28,342 bases of DNA from a virus (lineage: Duplodnaviria; Caudoviricetes): the IMG/VR virus record IMGVR_UViG_3300038675_000224, positions 1-28,342 of that record; one strand, 5' to 3'. Numbering within the stretch: the first letter of the stretch is position 1; every line of letters starts with the position of its first letter. The position numbers were made by a program, and so were the translations under genes. Shown here piece by piece: positions 7,724-16,907 of this stretch. Below the pieces are notes generated by a model that ran no database searches, was not told the DNA's origin, and saw only the letters and a program-made list of their open reading frames with translations.

Positions 7724-10243
7724 TCATGCCCTCTTGAAACTTGACGTATGGCCTATGCCCGTCAATCGTTGCCGCAGCCGGTCGCCAAGTGTGCGGGCTA
7801 AGCGGTCCACGTCGTAATCGCTTGCCACGTTCACTCCGGATATGTTTATGGTCACGCCGCCCGCGCCCGCGCCTACCATAGACGCCGGTTCGCGCGCGTT
7901 GAATATCGAGCCGATCACATTCGGCTGGAACCATTCCGGCCCTTCCTCGCCTACCAGATAGCCCTTATTGGATTGCACAGGCCCGCCCGCCGCGCGCTGT
8001 TCCCCTGGTCCTGGCGGATACATGGCGGCATACAGGTCTTGAGACAAATCCTGAAAACTTGCCGCCTTGCCAAATAACTGTTGCAGACCGTTCCATGCGT
8101 CGGAAATCCAAGAGAACCAACTACGCGCCGCTTCTTCGGCGGCCTGCGCCGCCTGCATAGACATCTGGTGGTTGGCTTCCATGTCAAGTTGAGTGCGCTG
8201 TGCGGCGGCCTGCATCATTGCCTCTGTCAATACGGACGTTGTCTGCAGTTCCGCCTGTTCACGGATACCAAGTTGTTCAAGCATGGCCTGCGTCTGCTGT
8301 TCATTCGCCTGCATCAATTCGCGGATGGTCTGTGTGGACAAGTCCTTGCTGACCGCTATCGCCGCTTCCTCCGCGCTGATCTGTTCATTCAGCATAAGGT
8401 TCCGCATCTGCGCAAATTCCTGCTCCGATTCCGTGCGCCCGGCGAAATATTCAAACCACGCGCGGGCCATAGTATCCGCTGCCGCGCTTTCGGCCTCGGC
8501 GATATACGCGGCCTGCGCCACGCCTTCCATTGCTTTTACGGCGTTAGCGTCAAGCCATGCGCCTCGCTGTTGCAGTTTTTGGATATACGCGTCTTCCCGC
8601 GCGGCTGTGGCCACCTCGCTTTCTGCAAGCGCGTCATAGGCTTTCTTGGTTTCCCATGCGGCCAGCCCTATTGCTGTTAATTCAAGCCCAATTGCCACAC
8701 CTGCCGCCACGGGAAGTGCTACGCCCGCAAGGGCCGCTACAAGGCCACCAACACCCGCTGGTCCGGCGGCTGTCGCTGCGGCTGTGCCTATGCCCGCCAC
8801 AGCCGGAGCGGTAGTAGCTGCTGCTATCCCAGACAATGCGGCTACGGTCTTATACGAAATAAACATCGACACTAAGCCTGGAAGAGTCTTAAGTAGCGGA
8901 CCTATAGCAAGGTTTATCAGGCCGATTGCGCCTGCCGTCTTGATAAGATTTTCTGTAAGACCGTGGTGCTCTTTTACCCAATTTGCGACACCTTGCGCCG
9001 CCTCAATAACCGTCGGGATAAACTCCGAAACAAGGTCTGCAATAACCGGGCCCATCTGGATTACGACCCCCATGAATGACGCTTTCAGCTGGTCTACCGT
9101 GTCGCCGAATTCCTCAGCCTGTGATGCCGCATCCTCACCCATAACAATGCCAAGTTCCTGCGCTTTCGCGGCTAATTCTTCAAATCCGGCCTGTCCGTTC
9201 TTGATCATGGGCATCAACTGCGTTGCCACGCGCGCGCCGAACAGTTCCATTGCCAGTTGCGCTTGTGTGGTGTAATCGCCCGCCTGCCCGATTGCAAACG
9301 CCACGGACTTGAACTGTTCATCAGGCTTCATGGCGCGCAAAGACTCATAACTTAGTCCAAGTTGCGCCAACGCCTCGGCCTGTGCGCCTTCGCCCGCTTC
9401 AGCCTCATCCAGGGCGCGCGTAAGGTTGCGCTGTGCCATTTCAAAACTTGACAATTCTGTGCCGTTTTGTTCAAGTACGAATTTCAGTTCGCTTAACGCT
9501 TCGGTCGCTACGCCCGTCCGGTCGCTTGCGTCCTTGATCTCACTGCCGTATTCCGTCCACATGTACAGCACGCCGCCCAGCGCGCCCGTAATACCAGCAC
9601 CTAAAACAGTCATACCTGTGCCGATGGTGGACAGGTGCCCCGCTATATCTTTCGCGGACATGGCCGCTTTTTCGGTGAGTTGGTCAAGCGCGCCCTCGGC
9701 TTGGCTTGTGTCTGCGGTCGCTTCGATCGGAAACGCGCTCTCTGCCTCGGCTGCGGCGGCGGTTGCACTATCCGCAAGGCTGCTCATCTCGCTTTCAGCC
9801 TGTGACGCATCGGCCTCAACAATGACCGTAGCGTCCACGGATCCCACGGCGCTCTCGACGGTTTCCGCTACGCTGTCAAGAGTGGATTCCAGCGGCGCGC
9901 TGTCGCCGTCTACCTCTACCGTGGCGTTGCCTGTGGCCTCATCCACGGCGGAAGACACCTCGCTGGCTACGCTTTCCAGGGTGCTGTCTAGGTCCGTGGA
10001 ATCGCCGGATACCTCAACGGTTGCGTCACCGCTCGCATCGCTTACGGTGGAGGAAACGTCCGACGCTACGCTGTCAAGCGTGGATTCCAGTTCCGTCGAA
10101 TCGCCGGATATGGCAATGGTCGCCGCGCTTTCGGCCTCGGACGTGGTGGACTGTACGGCGGAAGTCGCCTCGCTAAGCGCGCTTTGCAGGTCGCCGATGT
10201 CGCCCGATATTTTCCATATTGCGTCGCCCGCATTAATAGCCAT
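7724..10243 (-). CDS. Tail tape measure protein
   Basis: 839-aa Ala-rich helical ORF after the chaperones; DASDRTGV...LFG core, hydrophobic central stretch, C-terminal RAAGGPV...YLVGEEGPEWF motif. Confidence 0.93.
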   Translation of the reverse strand: MAINAGDAIWKISGDIGDLQSALSEATSAVQSTTSEAESAATIAISGDSTELESTLDSVASDVSSTVSDASGDATVEVSGDSTDLDSTLESVASEVSSAVDEATGNATVEVDGDSAPLESTLDSVAETVESAVGSVDATVIVEADASQAESEMSSLADSATAAAAEAESAFPIEATADTSQAEGALDQLTEKAAMSAKDIAGHLSTIGTGMTVLGAGITGALGGVLYMWTEYGSEIKDASDRTGVATEALSELKFVLEQNGTELSSFEMAQRNLTRALDEAEAGEGAQAEALAQLGLSYESLRAMKPDEQFKSVAFAIGQAGDYTTQAQLAMELFGARVATQLMPMIKNGQAGFEELAAKAQELGIVMGEDAASQAEEFGDTVDQLKASFMGVVIQMGPVIADLVSEFIPTVIEAAQGVANWVKEHHGLTENLIKTAGAIGLINLAIGPLLKTLPGLVSMFISYKTVAALSGIAAATTAPAVAGIGTAAATAAGPAGVGGLVAALAGVALPVAAGVAIGLELTAIGLAAWETKKAYDALAESEVATAAREDAYIQKLQQRGAWLDANAVKAMEGVAQAAYIAEAESAAADTMARAWFEYFAGRTESEQEFAQMRNLMLNEQISAEEAAIAVSKDLSTQTIRELMQANEQQTQAMLEQLGIREQAELQTTSVLTEAMMQAAAQRTQLDMEANHQMSMQAAQAAEEAARSWFSWISDAWNGLQQLFGKAASFQDLSQDLYAAMYPPGPGEQRAAGGPVQSNKGYLVGEEGPEWFQPNVIGSIFNAREPASMVGAGAGGVTINISGVNVASDYDVDRLARTLGDRLRQRLTGIGHTSSFKRA

Positions 10244-10482
10244 TACGTGTACCTCTGCCAGCTGCCGCCGCCGCGCCGGTTACCGCGCGCCTTCTGCAGC
10301 GCCTTCGCCTCTTTCGCTTTGCGGGCCTGTATGCGCCTCAGGAACAACTGGAATTGTTCCTCGGTCCATTGCGTCTCAATTTCGTGAAACGACACGCCGT
10401 ACTCTCGCATAAGCAGGTCGTAGCAGTCGGACTCTAGGTGTCCTTCTCGGCTTTTGGGATGGACGCCGCTGATCGGAAAGGG
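10243..10482 (-). CDS. Tail assembly chaperone frameshift extension (gpGT-like)
   Basis: -1 frame is open from slippery C CCT TTC (10476-10482) to TAA at 10243-10245: ...ESDCYDLLMREYGVSFHEIETQWTEEQFQLFLRRIQARK... Confidence 0.8.
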   Translation of the reverse strand, partial: PFPISGVHPKSREGHLESDCYDLLMREYGVSFHEIETQWTEEQFQLFLRRIQARKAKEAKALQKARGNRRGGGSWQRYT

Positions 10483-10844
10483 GCGCTGACTAGCAGCGCG
10501 AGCTCCTTGTATGCCTGCGCGATTTCGGTACTGGTTTTGGCCGAGCCCGTGGACAGTTCCGCGCGCATCGCGTCTTCTATCGCCACTTCATTGGCGGCAA
10601 TCATGGGATGCCAGTCAATCAAAAACTGGAACATTTCCATCAGCACGCGCACGCGGTTCTCTTGACGTTGCGCAAGTTGCTGAATCTTGACAACGTCCGC
10701 AAACATGAACCGATTGTCCCGGCGCGACGGTTGCAGGAACGTGTATTCACGCCCATTAATCACGGCACGCCGGGACCGTCCCCCTAAAATCTCCGCTTCT
10801 TGTTCGCGGCTTTCCTGTGCGATTTCATGAGACTGTTTCGGCAT
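10434..10844 (-). CDS. Tail assembly chaperone (gpG-like)
   Basis: Lies between major tail and tape measure genes; VINGREYTF motif; slippery site near the 3' end. Confidence 0.8.
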   Translation of the reverse strand: MPKQSHEIAQESREQEAEILGGRSRRAVINGREYTFLQPSRRDNRFMFADVVKIQQLAQRQENRVRVLMEMFQFLIDWHPMIAANEVAIEDAMRAELSTGSAKTSTEIAQAYKELALLVSAPFRSAASIPKAEKDT

Positions 10845-10846
10845 TA

Positions 10847-11431
10847 TCAGGTACCCGCAACGTAGTAGGTCTGAACGCGGCCGGTCGGCACGTCATCATC
10901 ATACTCGCCGTGATTGGTGTTGTAGGCGTGGACGCTGCCGGTGAATTCGGTTTTGCATACCGCATCGCCGGGTCCGAAACCGCCGGGCTCATTCGAGATA
11001 CGCAGCAGTACGCGCGGGTAGTAGTCGCAGCGCAAGCCGGTGATCTCCACAAGCACGGAGCGGTATGTCACGTCACGGTCGCGCGTGACCCGTACGCCGT
11101 CAACGGACGCGGTGGAATCTAGTTCCACGACATCCTGAGACACGTCATAACAGGTCCAGGTGATCTCGTCGATCCCGTTGTGGCGCACAATAGTGTCGTT
11201 GCGCGTGAGCGATCCGGGCGGCAGGATTTCGGTTGCCTCGAAAAGCGGCACCTGTCCGATGCTCTCTGAATCGAGGTTGCAGTCGTCGCCCAGGTCAACC
11301 GAGCCGATGGTCACCCACCCGGCCGCCTGTAGCGTGGCAGCACTGTAGTTACTGCCCAGCGTTGGTATGGTCGGCGGCGTGGTTCCCGCCATTGGGTGTA
11401 CGGATATTCTGTGAATTACAGAGGTTGCCAT
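10847..11431 (-). CDS. Major tail (tube) protein
   Basis: 194 aa; GWVTIG motif near the N-terminus; canonical position. Confidence 0.75.
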   Translation of the reverse strand: MATSVIHRISVHPMAGTTPPTIPTLGSNYSAATLQAAGWVTIGSVDLGDDCNLDSESIGQVPLFEATEILPPGSLTRNDTIVRHNGIDEITWTCYDVSQDVVELDSTASVDGVRVTRDRDVTYRSVLVEITGLRCDYYPRVLLRISNEPGGFGPGDAVCKTEFTGSVHAYNTNHGEYDDDVPTGRVQTYYVAGT

Positions 11432-11434
11432 TTA

Positions 11435-11833
11435 TTATGTTCCCCCTAAAGTTTGGTTTGTCATCAACATGCGCCCGGTTATCCGGTATGACGGCCAACC
11501 CGTCACGGGTTCGGGCGGTAATTCCTGGCCTACAATCTCGCCTATACGCTGAATGTACAGGGCGTTACTGTAGGCGTTGTTCAACAGGTCGATTACTTCT
11601 TCTCCAAGCAGCGCGGCCTCGGTGGATTGCACGGACCCGCCGTATACGCGCACCTCAAAACGCACGTCACGATCGGCGCGGCTTTGGTGATGCGCTTCGC
11701 TTTGCAGCGATACCACACAGGCCGCTTCGGTGTTGTCGTACCCGGCCGGCAGGCTGTTGCGCCACACGTCCGCGTCGCCCTCAAGCGCCGTGTCCAAGTA
11801 CGCGCAAAGCCTATCTAACGTCGTGGTACTCAT
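11435..11833 (-). CDS. Tail terminator / completion protein
   Basis: 132 aa after the gp10-like gene; RFEVRVYG strand typical of this family. Confidence 0.65.
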   Translation of the reverse strand: MSTTTLDRLCAYLDTALEGDADVWRNSLPAGYDNTEAACVVSLQSEAHHQSRADRDVRFEVRVYGGSVQSTEAALLGEEVIDLLNNAYSNALYIQRIGEIVGQELPPEPVTGWPSYRITGRMLMTNQTLGGT

Positions 11834-12120
11834 CCCGCCATGTCCTGTCTGGTTTGCTCAAACGCTGGCCGGAAATAGGGCTGTGAAGCCATCTGCGACG
11901 TGCCTACTTCCAACCAGCCGCCATAGCCTGACTCGGTGAAGATTTCGCCGTTAAGACCATTAGCCTTGTGGTCGATTGAATCCCGGTTATGGCCCGTATC
12001 TACAGGCGACAGTTCTTTTGCCGCTTCCGCCATGGACCCGCAGAAAGTTGCGATCTGTTCAGCCGCAAGCCGCCGCGCTTCTTCGAGCACACTACGGCTG
12101 TTATCTTGTACCGCGCTCAT
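11830..12120 (-). CDS. HK97 gp10-like tail component
   Basis: AKELSPVDTGHNRDSI...YGGWLEVGTSQMASQPYFRPAF signature; ATG 12120 coupled to the upstream stop. Confidence 0.88.
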   Translation of the reverse strand: MSAVQDNSRSVLEEARRLAAEQIATFCGSMAEAAKELSPVDTGHNRDSIDHKANGLNGEIFTESGYGGWLEVGTSQMASQPYFRPAFEQTRQDMAG

Positions 12121-12500
12121 ATCGCACTGTTCCCGGTTAAGCGTTTCAGGTTCAACACCCAGCACGAAAGGCCGCGCCGTGGTTCGCCGATAATCGCGTA
12201 GTATTCCGCAACGTCCGTGGTATTACGCTCGGTCACCTGTATCCGGTTGTGTCCGGTTACGGTGTTGCTTAGCCCAAGCCTCATTACCGCGTCCGTCAAG
12301 GTCGCCGCGCTACCGTCCGATACCTCGGTGGATTTGGCCGCGTCAAAGCCACAGGCGATTTCGGATCCATACGTCCAAGTAAGCGCGTTCGGCTCGTACC
12401 CGCTTGCGCGTGCTGCCGTGCCGATCTTGCACTTGTCGCGGAACGTGGATTCCGCAGCGGCGCGTATGTCCGCATAATCGCCTGTGTACGCCTCAGCCAT
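12117..12500 (-). CDS. Head closure / stopper protein
   Basis: Start MAEAYTGDY at 12500 with RBS GGAAGG; lies between adaptor and gp10-like genes. Confidence 0.6.
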   Translation of the reverse strand: MAEAYTGDYADIRAAAESTFRDKCKIGTAARASGYEPNALTWTYGSEIACGFDAAKSTEVSDGSAATLTDAVMRLGLSNTVTGHNRIQVTERNTTDVAEYYAIIGEPRRGLSCWVLNLKRLTGNSAI

Positions 12501-12888
12501 TACCTTCCTCGTCGTCGTCTTCGTATTCGTTATCAGCGCCGTCTGTTTCTTCAATCGCACAGCGTGTAAGCACCGCCGAGGCGCGGGACCGTAACCGGGT
12601 GCCTAGCGCGTATAGCTGCGCTTGCACTTGGCTGCGGGACAGTCCTGCGCCATCGGCGGAAACATCGTACAGGGTCGCCACTGCCGCCGCGCGTTGATCC
12701 GCAATGTCCGCCGCCGCCCTGTACAGGTCGTATGTTTCTGTCCAGTCTTCGTCATCCGGCGCCAGGCCGGTCGAATCATACTTCGGGTACAGGGCGATTA
12801 CGGCGGATATTGCGGCATCGCTGTAATCCGCAACGGGTGCGGCGGATAAGGCGCGCGTGCGCGCTATGTCAGCGGCGGATACGGCCAT
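12493..12888 (-). CDS. Head-to-tail adaptor
   Basis: Follows the capsid gene; YDLYRAAADI...YDVSADGAGLSRSQ motif. Confidence 0.7.
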   Translation of the reverse strand: MAVSAADIARTRALSAAPVADYSDAAISAVIALYPKYDSTGLAPDDEDWTETYDLYRAAADIADQRAAAVATLYDVSADGAGLSRSQVQAQLYALGTRLRSRASAVLTRCAIEETDGADNEYEDDDEEGNG

Positions 12889-12890
12889 GG

Positions 12891-13886
12891 TCAGGTGCCC
12901 GCCGGGATCACGACCGCGAACGGATAGCGGCTGCCTTCGGTGCCCTGGGCCTGCGTCACGTAGTTGCTGATCTGGAAGCCGAGCCGGAACACGAAGCGCA
13001 AGGCGACCATGTCCTGCTGGGCCAGGTTGAACTGAATCGCCCCGTCACCGTCCTGGATCACACCCTCGGTGAGCAGTTTCACAGTGATGTCCTGCCTCAC
13101 GGCATATACCAGCTGCGAGAAATCGCCGACAATCAGCCCGGCGGCGGAATCGTCAATCGCGCCGTTTTTTGGGAAGATCGCGCGGTAGCCGCCGATGTTC
13201 ATGGTTCCGTCCGCGTTCTGCTCAAACAAGGGCAGGCCAGCGCCGGTCGCGGTGATGTTCGCGCGCACTTGGCGCAACGTCCCTTTGCTGGAAATCGGGC
13301 CGACCATGCCGTTCACGTCGAACCCGGCAGCCTCCACCAGCGCAATGGCGCCACCGGAACCGAAGATGTCGTCGTACAGGTCCACGCCCGTCCCGGCGGT
13401 GACCGTGTTGGATGCCGCCGTTGCGCCCGCAACCAGTCCGGCAGCCGTGCCGGACGTGTTGGTGATCCACGTTGCCGGGAGGCTTGTGCCGTGGAAAATG
13501 GCCTGGTCGATGAGTTTGCCCATCGATTCGCCAACGCGCGGGGTGAGTTCCGCCCACAGGTCGTAGCCTGTGCCTTCCGTGTCGTACAGCAGGTCTTCCG
13601 CGATCGGAACGATTACTGCCAGCTCCTCGGCGGTGATTGTCTTGTTTTTCCACGTTGCGTTCGTTGTCTGCTTCAGGCTGGTGCCGGTGCTCTGCCAGTA
13701 CGCAAGCGGCAGGGAATTCATTACGGTCATGTTGCGCGTGTTGCGTGACATGTCAGGCAGGCGCGTGGCAAGCGTCATCGCGGCGCTGGCATTCACAGCG
13801 GCCTGAAATATCGGCTTGTAAACCTCCGGCTCCTGCATTGCAGTGCTAAGGGTTGAGGTTGTGATTTCGGAATCTTATGTCGCCAT
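12891..13886 (-). CDS. Major capsid protein (HK97 fold); likely start 13886 is interrupted by TAA at codon 4, intact ORF from 13838
   Basis: TAEELAVIVPIAEDLL, IDQAIFHG, LIVGDFSQ and NLAQQDMVALR...YPFAV motifs; follows the scaffold gene. Confidence 0.92.
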
Positions 13887-13889
13887 TAA

Positions 13890-14399
13890 CTAAATCCCCC
13901 TTGCTGCATCTCGCAGCAGTTGTGTCATGTTTCGTTTTCCGCCTCCTGTGTCGCCCGTAGCCCCCGCAACACTCCGAGTGCTGCCGCTTTGGGCGAACAG
14001 TGCCGGGTGCGCTTTCTTCAAATCGTCGAAGTTGACGCGCCCCTTGGTATCGGCAAGTTTGTATTCTTTCACCACGGCGAAAGCGGCGCGCGGATCTGTC
14101 ACCCCGTGCTGTATCGCCTCCGCCAGAAAATCGGCGCGCGTGCGTTCGTCCTGCAGTTGCGCCTCGTACGTCTTCAACTTTTCCTCGGCCGTCTTGTTGG
14201 TGTCGGACAGTAGGGCTTTGTATTCCTCTTCGCGCTTTTTCAGCGCATCGGTGACCCGCCTGTCGGACTCCCGCTGTACATGCCGATCCCAGTCTTCGCG
14301 GGTCCATTTGTCCCGCCCGTCGCCCGCGTTACCATCCGCGCCTTTGCCCCCGTCTCCGGTTGCCCCCGCGTTCGGTGTTGCGTTCGGTTCGTCAGCCAT
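13890..14399 (-). CDS. Capsid scaffolding protein
   Basis: Low-complexity N-terminus, coiled coil, LKKAHPALF motif; directly upstream of the capsid gene. Confidence 0.8.
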   Translation of the reverse strand: MADEPNATPNAGATGDGGKGADGNAGDGRDKWTREDWDRHVQRESDRRVTDALKKREEEYKALLSDTNKTAEEKLKTYEAQLQDERTRADFLAEAIQHGVTDPRAAFAVVKEYKLADTKGRVNFDDLKKAHPALFAQSGSTRSVAGATGDTGGGKRNMTQLLRDAARGI

Positions 14400-14429
14400 T
14401 TGTGTTGCTCCCTTGTTGTGGTTTGAGCC

Positions 14430-14476
14430 AAAAAAAAGAGCCCGCGTCCGGGCGTTACCGCTCGGAAGCAGGCTCT
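14430..14476 (-). terminator. Intrinsic terminator-like hairpin before the scaffold gene
   Basis: AGAGCCTGC...GCGGGCTCT outer stem with inner TCCG/CGGA and GCG-GTAA-CGC, followed by a T run. Confidence 0.65.
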
Positions 14477-14510
14477 ACAAAATTGCTTTGTTTTAGGAGT
14501 CTAAATTGAT

Positions 14511-14690
14511 TTAACTGTTACGCCGCAGATATTCGATGATCTGCTCGCACTGTGCGGCAAGGCTTAACGCTGATTGCCGCAGGCCGTACATCCGGCCTGT
14601 CAGTGACTGGCTCTGTGGTAATGTTAGCACAGGCTCGCAATCTGTGTCAACTACTTTATTCTTTGGATTAGTGCTAGTCTTCTTTCTCAT
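14511..14690 (-). CDS. Small hypothetical protein not in the ORF track
   Basis: MRKKTSTNPKNKVVDTDCEPVLTLPQSQSLTGRMYGLRQSALSLAAQCEQIIEYLRRNS (59 aa); overlaps the upstream stop. Confidence 0.5.
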   Translation of the reverse strand: MRKKTSTNPKNKVVDTDCEPVLTLPQSQSLTGRMYGLRQSALSLAAQCEQIIEYLRRNS

Positions 14691-15444
14691 CGCTTCTTTC
14701 CTCTTTGGCTTGTTGTTTGGCCGCTATCTTGCGCGCCACTCGTTTCTCTGATATTTCCTTGTCCTTGCCGCCGGATAAATAGGCGACAGTACACCTGCAA
14801 TTAGGATGTGCCGGTGTGTGCATGTGTCCGCTAGAAAATGCTTCATTAATCGGTATCACACCGTCGTTCTCGTTGCCGTCGCACACCTCGCATAGGCGCT
14901 CATCGGGCGACGTAATCCAGCGCTTAAACTCATCCTTGCGGTCATCAGCCGCCGCGCGCCTCGCTTCGCTGGTGGCGTTACGGCCTTCCGTTTGTGCTAT
15001 GGTCTTGCGCCGTTCCCGTAACAGGCGTTGTCGCTCCTTCTCCAAAAGACGCGCCTGTTTGTCCGCGTCAACACCCGCCTCCTTCAGTTTCTTCTCCATA
15101 TTCGCCAACGTGCGCGCTCGATTGGAATCAAGGCTTTGCACCTCCTGTAGTTTGTTGTACAGGTCTGCCGGCCGTTTACCTTCGGCGATACCGCGCGCCA
15201 GTGTTTCGCCCATACTTTTCAGTTGCGTCTGGGTAAGGTCACGAGCAAGGCTTTCGGCGGCGGTCTGTGCCAGTTCGCGCGCACGTAGCAGGGCGACGGG
15301 CGACGGCGCAGCGGTCACAAACGCCGCGTCGCCGTTCAGATGCGCCGCCTCAAGCGCAGACGCCAGTTTGTTGACAAAATCAGCATAGGCGCGCTTTGTC
15401 ATTAACTCGGAAGCAAGTTGGCTGATTTCGTGTTCTATGGTCAT
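14674..15444 (-). CDS. Minor head morphogenesis protein (Mu gpF / SPP1 gp7-like)
   Basis: TIAQTE...KRWITSPDERLCEVC...PAHPNCRC signature. Confidence 0.9.
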   Translation of the reverse strand: MTIEHEISQLASELMTKRAYADFVNKLASALEAAHLNGDAAFVTAAPSPVALLRARELAQTAAESLARDLTQTQLKSMGETLARGIAEGKRPADLYNKLQEVQSLDSNRARTLANMEKKLKEAGVDADKQARLLEKERQRLLRERRKTIAQTEGRNATSEARRAAADDRKDEFKRWITSPDERLCEVCDGNENDGVIPINEAFSSGHMHTPAHPNCRCTVAYLSGGKDKEISEKRVARKIAAKQQAKEERSDEKED

Positions 15445-16907
15445 TATTGGGCCTCAGTCGCGCGTTCCACAATTCCGGATGCACGTATCTGGTCTAGTGC
15501 TGCCGCGCCTATCGCGTCCAAGGCCTCTTTGACCATCGGTTCCACCATGCGCGCATTGCGCTCGCTCATGCGGTCGTAGACCTCCTGCAATGCGGCTTCG
15601 TCCATGTCCGGCGGTGTTTCGCGGACCCGGTCGGTAAGCAACTGTTCAATTTCGCTTTCACGGTATCCTTCATTGCGCAACTGCCACGTTACCGGGATGC
15701 CCGCCTGTACGTTGGTTGCCCGCGCCGTCGCCTGCGAAATAACCAGCGTGGTGCGCGGATCGGCATAGGTGCATGTGACTTCGTCGGTCGTTGTGGCGCT
15801 GCCTTCGACGGTAAGCACAAATGCGGCCAAATCTTCCCACACCGGGGACAGCCGCCGGATATACCGCGTGATCTTGGCGACAAGCGGCGATTCCAGCGCC
15901 TGCAACGCTTCGCCGCTTAAGCCGGACGCGCCGCCGTTGCTGAAGAAATGGTAGGGCGTTGCGGTGATCGCGGCCGTGTTTGCAACCCAGCCATCAAGCA
16001 GCGCGCTAATTTGTTGCAGGTCGGACGCGCCGAATTCGCCCAGCGTGGACGGTTGCTCGCCTTGGCTTGACGGTGGGATCGCTACCACGTCGCCCGCCTT
16101 GGCCTGTTGGAATACGCTCATGTCCGCGTTGGTGATTGCCCAGCGTATGCGATCCGCCGCGTTTTCAATAGAAAAGCCAAGCGCAACAAACGTCTTGTTG
16201 ATGCTATCTTGGATGCTTTGCACCTGATAAAATTCCGGTTTGATATTTCGCGCGGATCGCCGGAAGTGGAACACGGGAACGCGCGGGTAGATGGTCTTGA
16301 CCGGATCGCCGTCGCTCGTGTAGGTGATGCCGTTTTCAATCTGTGCCAGTGCGGCGTCGGTTTGCGTGGTGCTGCGGCCGGTAAGCGTTTCCTCGTATAC
16401 GCCGTCATCCTGCTTTGTCCATGCGGTTGCCTTGTGCGTCTTGCCGTCAAGCCAGAACTTTACCGCCTGTACGATTTCGCGCGGGTTGGTGTCGCTGTAC
16501 ACCACTTCGATGCAGCGCGGGTCTTGCGCGAAAAAAGACGCTTGCCCGTTTTCGTCGATGCCCGCGACAATGAAGCCCTCGCCCGTGGCGTGTACGAATT
16601 CGTGAACCAAATCCGCCTCGCATGCGCCCTGGTTGCGGTCCCCGATTGTGTTCAGCACGTCCGTGCGCGCGTCGTCCTGTCCATTCGCGGCCGCGATGGT
16701 GAAGGCCTCGATAGTCTCCTTGTTACGCACAGCATCCACCACGCCCGACATCCAGTTCATAGTATAGTGCGTGTTCTGGTTGAAGAAATCGCGCAGGCGT
16801 TCCGTCAGGTATTGCGGCTGTCGCGTGCTGTCGTAGTACTGCAACGAAATATTGTGCGCGCTTACTTTTGTATCGTGCAGCGTTGTCAGTTCGGCTATGG
16901 TTTTCAT
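15444..16907 (-). CDS. Portal protein (SPP1 gp6-like)
   Basis: 487 aa; NWMSGVVDA, VPVFHF, IQDSINK and SGEALQALESPL motifs. Confidence 0.88.
   Translation of the reverse strand: MKTIAELTTLHDTKVSAHNISLQYYDSTRQPQYLTERLRDFFNQNTHYTMNWMSGVVDAVRNKETIEAFTIAAANGQDDARTDVLNTIGDRNQGACEADLVHEFVHATGEGFIVAGIDENGQASFFAQDPRCIEVVYSDTNPREIVQAVKFWLDGKTHKATAWTKQDDGVYEETLTGRSTTQTDAALAQIENGITYTSDGDPVKTIYPRVPVFHFRRSARNIKPEFYQVQSIQDSINKTFVALGFSIENAADRIRWAITNADMSVFQQAKAGDVVAIPPSSQGEQPSTLGEFGASDLQQISALLDGWVANTAAITATPYHFFSNGGASGLSGEALQALESPLVAKITRYIRRLSPVWEDLAAFVLTVEGSATTTDEVTCTYADPRTTLVISQATARATNVQAGIPVTWQLRNEGYRESEIEQLLTDRVRETPPDMDEAALQEVYDRMSERNARMVEPMVKEALDAIGAAALDQIRASGIVERATEAQ

Noticed and set aside
9426-10412. 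Long plus-strand ORFs (also 2169-2951, 6668-7438, 12732-13748, 16107-16913)
   Set aside because: Antisense shadows of well-supported minus-strand genes in GC-rich DNA, with no recognisable motifs
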